Source: an uncultured Thermoleophilaceae bacterium (lineage in GTDB: Bacteria > Actinomycetota > Thermoleophilia > Solirubrobacterales > Thermoleophilaceae). Taken from it: a stretch of 64,000 nucleotides of DNA. The translations under genes and the position numbers were made by a program. The notes under the pieces were generated by a model. That model worked only from the letters and a program-made list of their open reading frames with translations, was not told the DNA's origin and made no database searches. This document shows positions 17,324-25,275 of this stretch, one piece after another. The stretch spans positions 5,405-69,404 of the forward strand of contig CAVSJF010000025.1 of the NCBI GenBank assembly GCA_963728155.1, read 5' to 3'. How positions within the stretch are numbered: the first letter of the stretch is position 1; each line of letters opens with the position of its first letter.

Positions 17324-18793
17324 ATGACTGACGAACGCGATTACCTGGAGCGGCGCTGGTGGGCGCTGGCTCTTCTGTGCATGACGCAGTTCATGGTCGT
17401 GCTCGACGCATCGATCGTGAACATCGCTCTCCCGACGATTGGCGAGGACGTCGGCATCTCGCAGGAGAACCTCTCCTGGGTCGTGAACGGCTACGTCCTG
17501 ACGTTCGGCGGCTTCCTCCTGCTGGGCGGGCGCATGGCGGACCTGCTGGGCCGGAGGCGCGTCTTCATGGCGGGGCTCGTCGTGGTGGCGGTGGCCTCGC
17601 TGTTCGCGGGCTTCGCCTCCAGCGAGGGCGTCCTGATCGCCGCCCGGGCGGCGCAGGGGCTCGGCGCCGCGATCATCGCGCCGAGTGCCCTCTCGATCGT
17701 GACCACGATCTTCCGCGACGGCTCCGAGCGCAATCGGGCGCTGGGGGCGTGGGGAGCGGTGGCCGGCTCAGGCGGAGCGGCCGGTGTGCTGCTGGGCGGC
17801 GTGCTCACCGACGGCCTCGGCTGGGAATGGGTGATGTGGGTGAACGTGCCGGTTGCCCTGTTCGTGCTGGCCCTCACTCGGCGGCTGATTCCGGAGAGCC
17901 GCTCCGAGTCGCAGACCCGTCACTTCGACGTCGCGGGCGGGGTTACCGTCACGGCGGGCCTATCCCTGCTGGTCTACGCGATCGTGGATGCCGAGAGCGC
18001 CGGCTGGGGCTCAACGCAGACGATCGGCCTGCTTGCCGGCGCGATCGCTCTGCTCGCCGCCTTTACCGCGGTGGAGCTGCGCTCGGACGCGCCGCTCGTG
18101 CCGTTCAGCATCTTCCGCAAACGCACCCTCACGGGCGCCAACGCGGTTGGGCTGATGGTCGGAGGCTCGCTCTTCGCGATGTTCTTCTTCATCACGCTCT
18201 ATATGCAACAGGTGCTCGGCTACAGCCCGATCAAGGCCGGGCTGTCCTACCTGCCGCTCTCGATCGCGATCATCGCCTCCGCCGGCGTGGCCTCGCAGCT
18301 GGTGACCAAGGTCGGGTTCAAGCCGGTGATGGCGGTGGGGCTGGCGCTGGTCGCGGCCGGACTCGTCTGGTTCAGCCAGATCTCCGTGGACGGCAGCTTC
18401 ACCACCGACATCCTCGGGCCCTCGCTGTTGGCCGCGGTCGGCCTGGGCTTCGCCTTCGTCACCACCACCATCGCCGCGGTTTCGGGCATCGAGGACCGCG
18501 AGCAGGGGTTGGCCAGCGGCTTGATCAACACCTCCCAACAGATCGGCGGCGCCCTCGGGCTTGCGGTGCTGGCGACCATCGCGACCTCGCAGACGGAGCA
18601 GCTCATCGCCGACGCGGGCGGTGACCGGGCAGCGGTGCCGGGCGCGCTGGTCGAGGGCTTTCAGTCCGCGTTCCTCGGCGCTGCGGCGATCGCGATAATC
18701 GGGCTGGTGCTGACGTTCGTGTTGATTCGCGGCAGCGACAGTCGGGCCCACGTGGCTCTCGCCGAGGAGGGCAAGGCGCCGGTGGCCGCCTGA
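17324..18793 (+). CDS. MFS transporter, DHA2 (EmrB/QacA-like, 14-TMS) drug/H+ antiporter family
   Basis: 489 aa. LDASIVNIALPTIGEDVGIS, GRMADLLGRRRVF, and about 14 hydrophobic segments. Confidence 0.9.
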   Translation: MTDERDYLERRWWALALLCMTQFMVVLDASIVNIALPTIGEDVGISQENLSWVVNGYVLTFGGFLLLGGRMADLLGRRRVFMAGLVVVAVASLFAGFASSEGVLIAARAAQGLGAAIIAPSALSIVTTIFRDGSERNRALGAWGAVAGSGGAAGVLLGGVLTDGLGWEWVMWVNVPVALFVLALTRRLIPESRSESQTRHFDVAGGVTVTAGLSLLVYAIVDAESAGWGSTQTIGLLAGAIALLAAFTAVELRSDAPLVPFSIFRKRTLTGANAVGLMVGGSLFAMFFFITLYMQQVLGYSPIKAGLSYLPLSIAIIASAGVASQLVTKVGFKPVMAVGLALVAAGLVWFSQISVDGSFTTDILGPSLLAAVGLGFAFVTTTIAAVSGIEDREQGLASGLINTSQQIGGALGLAVLATIATSQTEQLIADAGGDRAAVPGALVEGFQSAFLGAAAIAIIGLVLTFVLIRGSDSRAHVALAEEGKAPVAA

Positions 18794-19416
18794 CCGCAGC
18801 TCGCCGCTCTTGGGCGCTCCGGCGCCTGTGCGTCGTCGCCGGCGTAGGCCTGGCATTGGGCGGTGCCGGCTGCGGCGGCGACGACGATTCTGACCCGAGG
18901 GTCAACACGGAAGACGTGCGACCCCGCCTCCTGCGGCCCGACAAGGCGGGGCGGTCAGGGACTCTGCGGCATCGCGCCTGCGACCTCGTCACCCCGGCGG
19001 AGGTCCGCCGGGCGGTGCGCCGGCCGGGACCTGAGCTGAAGGCGGCCGCCAACGACTCGCTCAACCTCTCGATCTGCGATTGGCGCGGCGAGGGTGTCGG
19101 GCTCGTGAAGCTGCTGGTCGACGCCGCCCCGAGCGCAGAGCTGCGCTTCTTCAACCAGCTGGCGGAGCAGCTGCAGTTCCACAACGCCGACCCGGAGCGC
19201 AAGCCGCGGCAGATCAAGGGAGTGGGCCGGGACAGTGCCTACGGGGGCGCCGGCGCATGGTGGACCCGCTCGGGATCGATGCTGGTGGCCTTTGAGGCGA
19301 AGAAGATCCTGCGTCTGCGGGTGAACGTGGCCGGGCTCGGCGACTCGGGCTCGCGGCGGGCTGCGGCGGCTCTGGCGAAGCGCGCGTTCGCCCGTCTCGG
19401 CGAGCCTCCCTCGTAG
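18790..19416 (+). CDS. putative lipoprotein (DUF3558-like); start codon unresolved
   Basis: The ORF track starts at TTG 18856, directly at GGAGC. The frame is open upstream and encodes a signal peptide: (L)TAARRSWALRRLCVVAGVGLALGGAGC. The only possible in-frame starts upstream are CTG 18790 (CTGA overlap with the MFS stop) and CTG 18826. Confidence 0.55.
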   Translation: MTAARRSWALRRLCVVAGVGLALGGAGCGGDDDSDPRVNTEDVRPRLLRPDKAGRSGTLRHRACDLVTPAEVRRAVRRPGPELKAAANDSLNLSICDWRGEGVGLVKLLVDAAPSAELRFFNQLAEQLQFHNADPERKPRQIKGVGRDSAYGGAGAWWTRSGSMLVAFEAKKILRLRVNVAGLGDSGSRRAAAALAKRAFARLGEPPS

Positions 19417-19428
19417 CCACTCGGCGTC

Positions 19429-20478
19429 TTACTTTGGTCTCTCTCCCGGCGCCAGTGAATCGGTCAGAACCCTCACCGCTCCCGGAGGCACGTCGAGCCA
19501 GACCCGCTGGCCCACGCGCAGGCCGAGGCGCTCGACCGCATGGGCGGGCTGCTCGCTCCTGATGTCTCCCACCACGACCGTGGTGCGGATGCCCTCGGGG
19601 ACGATTCCCGTGATCTCGCCCTCGGTCCCCCACCTTCCGGCCGCCCCGCCGGGGGTGTGCCCGACGAGCCAGGGAAGCACGGCGAGCTGCACCTGCCCCT
19701 CGGCGCGCTGCTCGATGCGAAGCACCTGCCCGCCGGCGAGGGCGACGGTCGAGCCCCCCGCGGGATCCGGCGAGGCCGCGCCGACGACCACGGTCGCCCC
19801 GATCAACGCCGCCACCAGCGCGTCAGCCGGGCCGGCCACGAGCTCCTGCGCGGTTCCCACCTGAAGGATGCGCCCCCGGGAGATGACCGCGATGCGCTGT
19901 GACAGCGCCGCCGCCTCGCGGAAGTCGTGCGTCACGAGGACGGTGGGCAGGCCCGCGGCGACGAGGGTCTCGCGCAGCTCATGGCGCAGCAGCGACCGGG
20001 TGTGGGGATCGAGCGCCGAGAGCGGCTCGTCGAGCAGCAGCACGTCGGGCTCGCTGGAGAGGGCGCGAGCCAGCGCCACGCGCTGGCGCTCGCCTCCGGA
20101 GATCCGGCCCGGGCGCTCTCCCGCCAGGTGGTCGATGTGCAGGCGCCGCAGCATCTCGTCGGCCTGTCCCGTGCCTCCGAAGGCCACGTTGTCCCGCACC
20201 GTCATGTGCGGGAACAGCGCGTAGTCCTGGAAGACCATGCCCACGGAGCGCTCCTCTGGCGCAAGATCGATGCCCTTAGCCCCGTCGAACCACGGCCGCT
20301 CGCCCACCAGGATCCGGCCCGTATCCGGCCGGTGCAGCCCGGCGATGCAGCGCAGCACCGTGGTCTTGCCGCTGCCCGACGGGCCGACGAGCGCCAGCGT
20401 CTCCCCCTCCACGGCGAGCGACAGGTCTAGGTCGAAGGACCGAAGCCGAGTCTTGATTTCGCTGTGGAGTCCTGCCAT
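19429..20478 (-). CDS. modC: molybdate ABC transporter ATP-binding protein with a C-terminal TOBE-like domain
   Basis: MAGLHSEIKTRLRSFDLDLSLAVEGETLALVGPSGSGKTT, LSGGERQRVALARAL, LLLDEPLSALD. The upstream 245 codons of the 594-aa ORF overlap modB and are Arg/Gly junk. Confidence 0.85.
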   Translation of the reverse strand: MAGLHSEIKTRLRSFDLDLSLAVEGETLALVGPSGSGKTTVLRCIAGLHRPDTGRILVGERPWFDGAKGIDLAPEERSVGMVFQDYALFPHMTVRDNVAFGGTGQADEMLRRLHIDHLAGERPGRISGGERQRVALARALSSEPDVLLLDEPLSALDPHTRSLLRHELRETLVAAGLPTVLVTHDFREAAALSQRIAVISRGRILQVGTAQELVAGPADALVAALIGATVVVGAASPDPAGGSTVALAGGQVLRIEQRAEGQVQLAVLPWLVGHTPGGAAGRWGTEGEITGIVPEGIRTTVVVGDIRSEQPAHAVERLGLRVGQRVWLDVPPGAVRVLTDSLAPGERPK

Positions 20479-21293
20479 CCGGCGACGAGCTTGTAGGCGA
20501 CGAGGATCGCCGCGCTGGTCAGCACCAGCAGGATGCCGATCGCCAGAGCGACGTCGAAATCCGCCTCGAGCTGTTCGTAGACGGCCAGGGTAAGGGTCTG
20601 GGTCTGCCCGAGGACATTCCCGGCGAACACGATCGTCGCACCGAACTCGCCGATCCCACGCGCAAAGGCCAGCACCCAGCCGGCCACGAGCGCGCTGCGG
20701 GCAAGCGGCAGCGCGACCCGCCGGAACGTCCGCCATGGGCCCGCGCCGAGAGTCCGCGCCGCGTCGGTGAGCGACCGATCCACTCCCTCGAAGGCGCTGA
20801 TCGCCTGGCGAACATAGAAGGGCGAGGCCACGAACGTCACGGCCAGCACCACGGCCCACTCCGAGAACGGGAGCACGATCCCGACGGAGGCCAGCTCGCC
20901 CCCCAGAAGGCCTCCGGCCCCGAAGGCGGCGAGCAGGCTGATCCCCGCCACTGCCGGGGGCAGCACGAGGGGCAGCTCGACCAGCGTCACCATCAAAGCT
21001 CGTCCGCGGAAGCGACGCGTGGCCAGCAGGTACGCCGCCGGCGTGCCGACTCCCACGATCAGCAGGTTGGCGACCAGGTTCGTGCGAGCGGTCACCTCGA
21101 GCGCCTCGCGCACCACGGGGCTGGTCAGCAGATCGGGCAGCTCCTCCAGAGGGACCTCGCTGAACAGCGCGATCAGCGGTATCGCCAGGAAACCCAGCGA
21201 CAACCCGAGGCACAGCGAGAAGAGTGCGGTGAAGGCGACCCGCTCGGCGGGCCGCCTTCGGCCGCTAGCTCTTCTTGCGGGGCGGAAGCCCAA
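20427..21293 (-). CDS. modB: molybdate ABC transporter permease
   Basis: EAA-loop context DAARTLGAGPWRTFRRVALPLARSALVAGWVLAFARGIGEFGATIVFAGN. The start may instead be GTG 21239. Confidence 0.85.
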   Translation of the reverse strand: MGFRPARRASGRRRPAERVAFTALFSLCLGLSLGFLAIPLIALFSEVPLEELPDLLTSPVVREALEVTARTNLVANLLIVGVGTPAAYLLATRRFRGRALMVTLVELPLVLPPAVAGISLLAAFGAGGLLGGELASVGIVLPFSEWAVVLAVTFVASPFYVRQAISAFEGVDRSLTDAARTLGAGPWRTFRRVALPLARSALVAGWVLAFARGIGEFGATIVFAGNVLGQTQTLTLAVYEQLEADFDVALAIGILLVLTSAAILVAYKLVAGWQDSTAKSRLGFGPST

Positions 21294-22008
21294 AGCCGAA
21301 CTGCTTTAGAACGCGGCGCCCGGTGGTGCTCACCACGCGCTTGATGAAGGCATCGGCGGCGGTGCGGTCCACCCCGTCCCGCCGGACGATGCAGATCTGG
21401 TAGCGCACCGGCGGCTGGGCGTACTTCGGCAGCCTGATCGTCTTGACGCGATCGCTCACGACCCGACCGTCGGTGACGTACGCGAAGCCGGCGTCGGCCG
21501 AGCCCAGGGCGACCTTGGAGGTGATGCTCGACACGTTCGGCTCGGTCGAGACGGTGTTGAGGGTGAGCACACGGCTCAGCCCCAGCCGGCGCAGGAGCCT
21601 GCGCGTGTAGGAGCCGATCGGAACGCCGGCCGACCCGATCGCCAGTCGCTTGGCCGGACCGCGCACGAGGTCGTAGACCGAGTCGATGTTCGCCGGATTG
21701 CTGCGCGGGACTAGGAGCACGACCACGTTCGTGGCGAAGGTCACCGGTCGCTCGCAGCGGTTCGCGGCAAAGAGCGCCTGGGCCTCCTCGGGAGCAGCCG
21801 AGGCGAACACGTCGGCCGGGGCGCCCCGCTCGATCTGAAGCTGCAGCTGGTTGGACCCGGCGAAGCTGTAGGTCTGGTTGGCGTCGAGGGCAGGGAACGC
21901 CTCACGCAGCGAAGCGGCGGCGAAGACGTTCGCGGCGTGGGCGCTGGCGGGCACGGCCAGCGCAGCCGTGACGGCTACCGCGAACAGGAGTATGCGAAGG
22001 CGTTTCAC
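21265..22008 (-). CDS. modA: molybdate ABC transporter substrate-binding protein
   Basis: Signal peptide MKRLRILLFAVAVTAALAVPASAHA. VFAAASLREAFPAL, ADVFASAA, GSADAGFAYVTD. Confidence 0.9.
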   Translation of the reverse strand: MKRLRILLFAVAVTAALAVPASAHAANVFAAASLREAFPALDANQTYSFAGSNQLQLQIERGAPADVFASAAPEEAQALFAANRCERPVTFATNVVVLLVPRSNPANIDSVYDLVRGPAKRLAIGSAGVPIGSYTRRLLRRLGLSRVLTLNTVSTEPNVSSITSKVALGSADAGFAYVTDGRVVSDRVKTIRLPKYAQPPVRYQICIVRRDGVDRTAADAFIKRVVSTTGRRVLKQFGFGLPPRKKS

Positions 22009-22029
22009 GGTTGGATTTCCTCCGGGTGG

Positions 22030-22644
22030 TTACTCGTCAGGGATGTCGGGCGCGGCGGGGACGCGCAGGAAGCTGTCGATCGTGGCTCCGGCGCGTTCGG
22101 AGCTGATCCCGCTCGGCAGCGGCGTGATCGCCGAAGCGCCGCGCAGGACCGCGATCTCGGAGAGGTGCTGCGCGTCTCGGCCCAGCGACCTGGCGAGCAC
22201 CAGGCGAGTACCCGGGTCGAGCGCGTCCTGGGCGCCGGCGGTGTAGACCCCCACGCTCAACCGCTCGAGCCGGCGCGCGAGCGCCAGCACCGCCGCCTTG
22301 GAGCGAAGCGACTTCCGGGGGATTTCGACCTCGAACTCACCCGACCCCGGCGCCTCGGCTCCCAGCGCCCTGGTCAGCTGGCGCTCTTGGCGGTAGTCGG
22401 CCTGACGCACGGCCCTCAGGATGCGCCTCTGCGCGCGGGTCCAGCCGTCCTGCGCCAGCGCGCTCGAGTAGAGCTCGAGCGTGATTCGCTCGCTCATCAC
22501 TCCGAGGAACAGGAAGTTGTAGTCGTCCTCGAACGGCGCCGGCGCGGGCGGCGCCGCCGCCGTGGCCAGCGACGAGGAGGCCAGGACCCCGGCCAGCACT
22601 AGAATCGCGAGCCAGCGTCCGGATCGTTCCCCAACAGCGCCCAC
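22030..22644 (-). CDS. secreted ferritin-like domain protein
   Basis: Signal peptide, then DDYNFLFLGVMSERITLELYSSALAQ...LERLSVGVYTAGAQ...RDAQHLSEIAVLRG. Confidence 0.6.
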   Translation of the reverse strand: MGAVGERSGRWLAILVLAGVLASSSLATAAAPPAPAPFEDDYNFLFLGVMSERITLELYSSALAQDGWTRAQRRILRAVRQADYRQERQLTRALGAEAPGSGEFEVEIPRKSLRSKAAVLALARRLERLSVGVYTAGAQDALDPGTRLVLARSLGRDAQHLSEIAVLRGASAITPLPSGISSERAGATIDSFLRVPAAPDIPDE

Positions 22645-22693
22645 GCATCCTCTCCTTCTGGCCAGTAGTCAGCGGGTGACTACTTTGTCGTAT

Positions 22694-23158
22694 ATGTTGC
22701 GCGCCTGTCAAGTCGATCGAGCCCTCACCGTCGTCGCCGTGCTCGGTGTGAGCGCGTCGCTGTGCCTGACGGCCTGCTCATCCGAGACCGAGGCGCCGGC
22801 CGCGCCCAAGAGGCTCGTTGCCGACCCCCCGCTGGCGACGGAGCGGCCGGCTGAAGGGGAGTTCGTCTTTCGCGGCGCGTACGCGCCGCGGTCGCACAAG
22901 CCGGCCGACCTGCGCGGCCGCTACCTCGTCCGCTTCCAGCAATGGGCCCCGGAGGATCCGAAGCGAGACTTCGAGGCTGAGACGGCTTTCGTGGCCTCGC
23001 TCGTCGGCACATCCGGCTCCGACAGGGGCAGGCGCGTCCGGCTGTTCCGAACCGCGGCGGCGCGGGGCGAGCGCCGGGTCGACCTCTCCGGCCGCTACCT
23101 CCTCGAAGTCGCGTTCGGCGACTTTCCCTATGTGGTCCGGTTCACTCCGCGCGGTTAG
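22694..23158 (+). CDS. lipoprotein, function unknown
   Basis: ATG 22694. MLRACQVDRALTVVAVLGVSASLCLTACSSETEAP contains the lipobox LTAC. Confidence 0.65.
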   Translation: MLRACQVDRALTVVAVLGVSASLCLTACSSETEAPAAPKRLVADPPLATERPAEGEFVFRGAYAPRSHKPADLRGRYLVRFQQWAPEDPKRDFEAETAFVASLVGTSGSDRGRRVRLFRTAAARGERRVDLSGRYLLEVAFGDFPYVVRFTPRG

Positions 23159-24326
23159 GCGCCCGGCGGCCGTGGTGATCGCGGCCACGCTCGGCCTGGG
23201 CCTGCTTGCGGGCAGCGCCCAAGCGGCTTCTGGCGTGACGGTGAGCCTGCCGGGTGGCGCGGGCGAGCGGTTCGTCGCGGCCCGGGACATAGCGGCGGCG
23301 GCCGACGTTCCGGTGACCGAATATGTCCTGCGATCGGCGGGTGGGCAGGAGGAATCGGTGTTCCAGACGGGCACGCGTCTCGCCAGCGTCCTGGCTCTGG
23401 CCGGGGTCGACCCGGCCGCGGTCTCGTTTCTCGAGCTCACTAGGCCGGACGGCAGCTCCTTGGCCCTTCCACGCGACGCGATCGATCCTCCGGTGGGACT
23501 CGCTCCGCTCGTCTGGGTCGACAAGGGCGTGGTCGGCTTCATACGTCCCAGCGCCGGGCCAGGCGACGCCAACGAACGCGACTCGTTCAGCATCTCCGGA
23601 GGAGCGGCGCTGAACGTGGTGGCCCGCACCGGGGCCCAGCTCACGGTGTCCGCCGAGGGAGGCCGCCGGCGCGTGCGCGCGGGCGGTGCGGTGGTGTTCT
23701 CCGGCGAGGCGACGGGGGCGGCCCCAGGCGAGCAGCTCACCTACGAGTGGCGTTTTGGCGACGGGACGACCGCCGCCGGCACGCGGGTGCGCCACGTGTT
23801 CGACGAGGCCGGCGGCTTCGACGTGGTCCTGCGGGTGACCGGGGACGGAGACTCGGGCGGAACCTCTGACCCGGTGTCCGTCCAGGTGGGAGAGCCGAGC
23901 GAGCGGGAACGGGGCGAGGGCGACGGCGACTCCACCGAGCCGGGGGCTCCGGAGAGCGGCCCGCAGACGGGCGAGAGCCCAAGCGGCGCGGCGCCCGCCC
24001 CGCCCCCGGCGGCAGTACCCGCACCGGTCGCGCCGCTGCCCACGCCGAGTCCTCCGCTTGCTCCATCGGCTCCTCCCCCCACGAGCCCTCCGGCGCCGCG
24101 GCCCGAGCCGAGCGACGGCGAGAACTCAGCGCCAAGCGGAGTGGTCACCGGCCTGCGCATCGCTCCCGGCGGGCAGGCCCGGCCCGCTCAGCTCACCGGC
24201 TCCCTCCCCGCCGCGCGGGCCGGGGGCGAGGCCCCGAAGCGCAGTGCGGCCACCGTCCCGACCGGCCTGATCGCGGCGGTGGTGCTCCTGGCATTGGGCG
24301 TGTGGCGCGAGGGAAGGAGGGCGTAG
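23130..24326 (+). CDS. secreted PKD-domain protein with a Pro-rich stalk and a C-terminal membrane anchor
   Basis: ATG 23130 gives MWSGSLRAVRRPAAVVIAATLGLGLLAGSAQA. PKD-like segment LTYEWRFGDGTTAAGTRVRHVFDEAGGFDVVLRVTGDGDSGGTSDPVSVQVG. Pro-rich APAPPPAAVPAPVAPLPTPSPPLAPSAPPPTSPPAPRP. C-terminus VPTGLIAAVVLLALGVWREGRRA. Confidence 0.8.
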   Translation: MWSGSLRAVRRPAAVVIAATLGLGLLAGSAQAASGVTVSLPGGAGERFVAARDIAAAADVPVTEYVLRSAGGQEESVFQTGTRLASVLALAGVDPAAVSFLELTRPDGSSLALPRDAIDPPVGLAPLVWVDKGVVGFIRPSAGPGDANERDSFSISGGAALNVVARTGAQLTVSAEGGRRRVRAGGAVVFSGEATGAAPGEQLTYEWRFGDGTTAAGTRVRHVFDEAGGFDVVLRVTGDGDSGGTSDPVSVQVGEPSERERGEGDGDSTEPGAPESGPQTGESPSGAAPAPPPAAVPAPVAPLPTPSPPLAPSAPPPTSPPAPRPEPSDGENSAPSGVVTGLRIAPGGQARPAQLTGSLPAARAGGEAPKRSAATVPTGLIAAVVLLALGVWREGRRA

Positions 24327-24327
24327 C

Positions 24328-24948
24328 GTGGAGGACGCGGCGATTGCCATCGCCGAGGCGCTTCGCTACCCGGTGCTCGCCCTGGGGCTGGCCGCCCTCG
24401 CGGTGGCGATCTTTCAGGTCGGCGAGCTGTCGGTGGAGCTCTGGCGCCGGCGCCGGCGGCGCGGGTCGCCGACCCTCTTCGTCAGGAGCGCCGAAGCCCA
24501 GGCCCTCCTGGCCAAGGGCCAGCGCGAGCAGGCCAAGCGGGTGCTCGCCGACTCGTCTCCGAGCGGGTCGATGACGGCGGTGCTCGACTTCATGGTCGCC
24601 GAGCACGGCCAACCCGGAGCCGACGACCGCATCGCCAAGTCGCTCGCCGATTTCGACCTGCACGCGCTACGCCGGCTCGAGCGCAGCCGCATCCTGGTCC
24701 GCGCCGGGCCGGGCCTCGGGCTGATGGGAACGCTGATTCCGCTGTCGCCCGCGCTCAGCGCTCTCGGACGCGGCGATCTCGAACAGCTCTCGGACGCGCT
24801 CCAGGTGGCCTTCGGGATCACGGTGATCGGCATCCTCATCGGCCTGCTGGCCTTCGGCGTGTCCCTGGTCCGCGAGCGGCTGTACGCCCAGGACCATTCG
24901 GATCTCGAGTACGCCGCCGCCGCGCTCAGCCCGGAGGGAGCATCGTGA
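24328..24948 (+). CDS. MotA/TolQ/ExbB-family proton-channel protein (short, 206 aa)
   Basis: GTG 24328 lies 1 nt after the upstream stop, preceded by GGGAAGGAGGG. ILVRAGPGLGLMGTLIPLSPALSAL...LQVAFGITVIGILIGLLAFGVSLVRERL. Confidence 0.75.
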   Translation: MEDAAIAIAEALRYPVLALGLAALAVAIFQVGELSVELWRRRRRRGSPTLFVRSAEAQALLAKGQREQAKRVLADSSPSGSMTAVLDFMVAEHGQPGADDRIAKSLADFDLHALRRLERSRILVRAGPGLGLMGTLIPLSPALSALGRGDLEQLSDALQVAFGITVIGILIGLLAFGVSLVRERLYAQDHSDLEYAAAALSPEGAS

Positions 24949-25271
24949 GCCGGCGAGTGAGCCCGCGAGTCTCCAGCCGGGTGCGGCTCACCGGTGACCG
25001 CGCGGGCGACCCGCTGGACGGCCTCGTGAACCTCTTCGACCTGGGCATCGTCCTGGCGATCGCCTTCTTGTTGGTCGCGGTGACCGGCCTCGAGATCTCT
25101 CAACGAACCGGCCAGGAGGAGGGCAGTGACCTGATCAAGCTGCGCCCCCGCGAGCAGGCCCGGCCCCTGAACGACCCAGGCGAGCGCGTGGCCGGTCGGG
25201 GTGAGCGGGTGGGCACCGTCTACCGCCTGCGCAACGGCGAGCTGATCTACGTGACGGGACCGAGAGACTGA
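24945..25271 (+). CDS. DUF2149-like single-TM protein (candidate stator partner of the MotA-like protein)
   Basis: GTGA overlap with the upstream gene. DPLDGLVNLFDLGIVLAIAFLLVAV...GERVGTVYRLRNGELIYVTG. The family assignment is from memory of PF09919-type sequences. Confidence 0.6.
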   Translation: MSRRVSPRVSSRVRLTGDRAGDPLDGLVNLFDLGIVLAIAFLLVAVTGLEISQRTGQEEGSDLIKLRPREQARPLNDPGERVAGRGERVGTVYRLRNGELIYVTGPRD

Positions 25272-25275
25272 CGCC

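Noticed and set aside
19429-21213. 594-aa ORF suggesting a ModC with a long N-terminal extension.
   Set aside because: The extension overlaps modB and is Arg/Gly/Pro junk. MAGLHSEIK... at ATG 20478 gives the normal distance to the Walker A.
24328-25271. The MotA-like protein as part of a Zorya-type anti-phage system, or a flagellar stator.
   Set aside because: The protein is only 206 aa, whereas ZorA is several-fold larger. No ZorB/C/D-like, MotB-like (OmpA/peptidoglycan-binding) or flagellar genes are adjacent.
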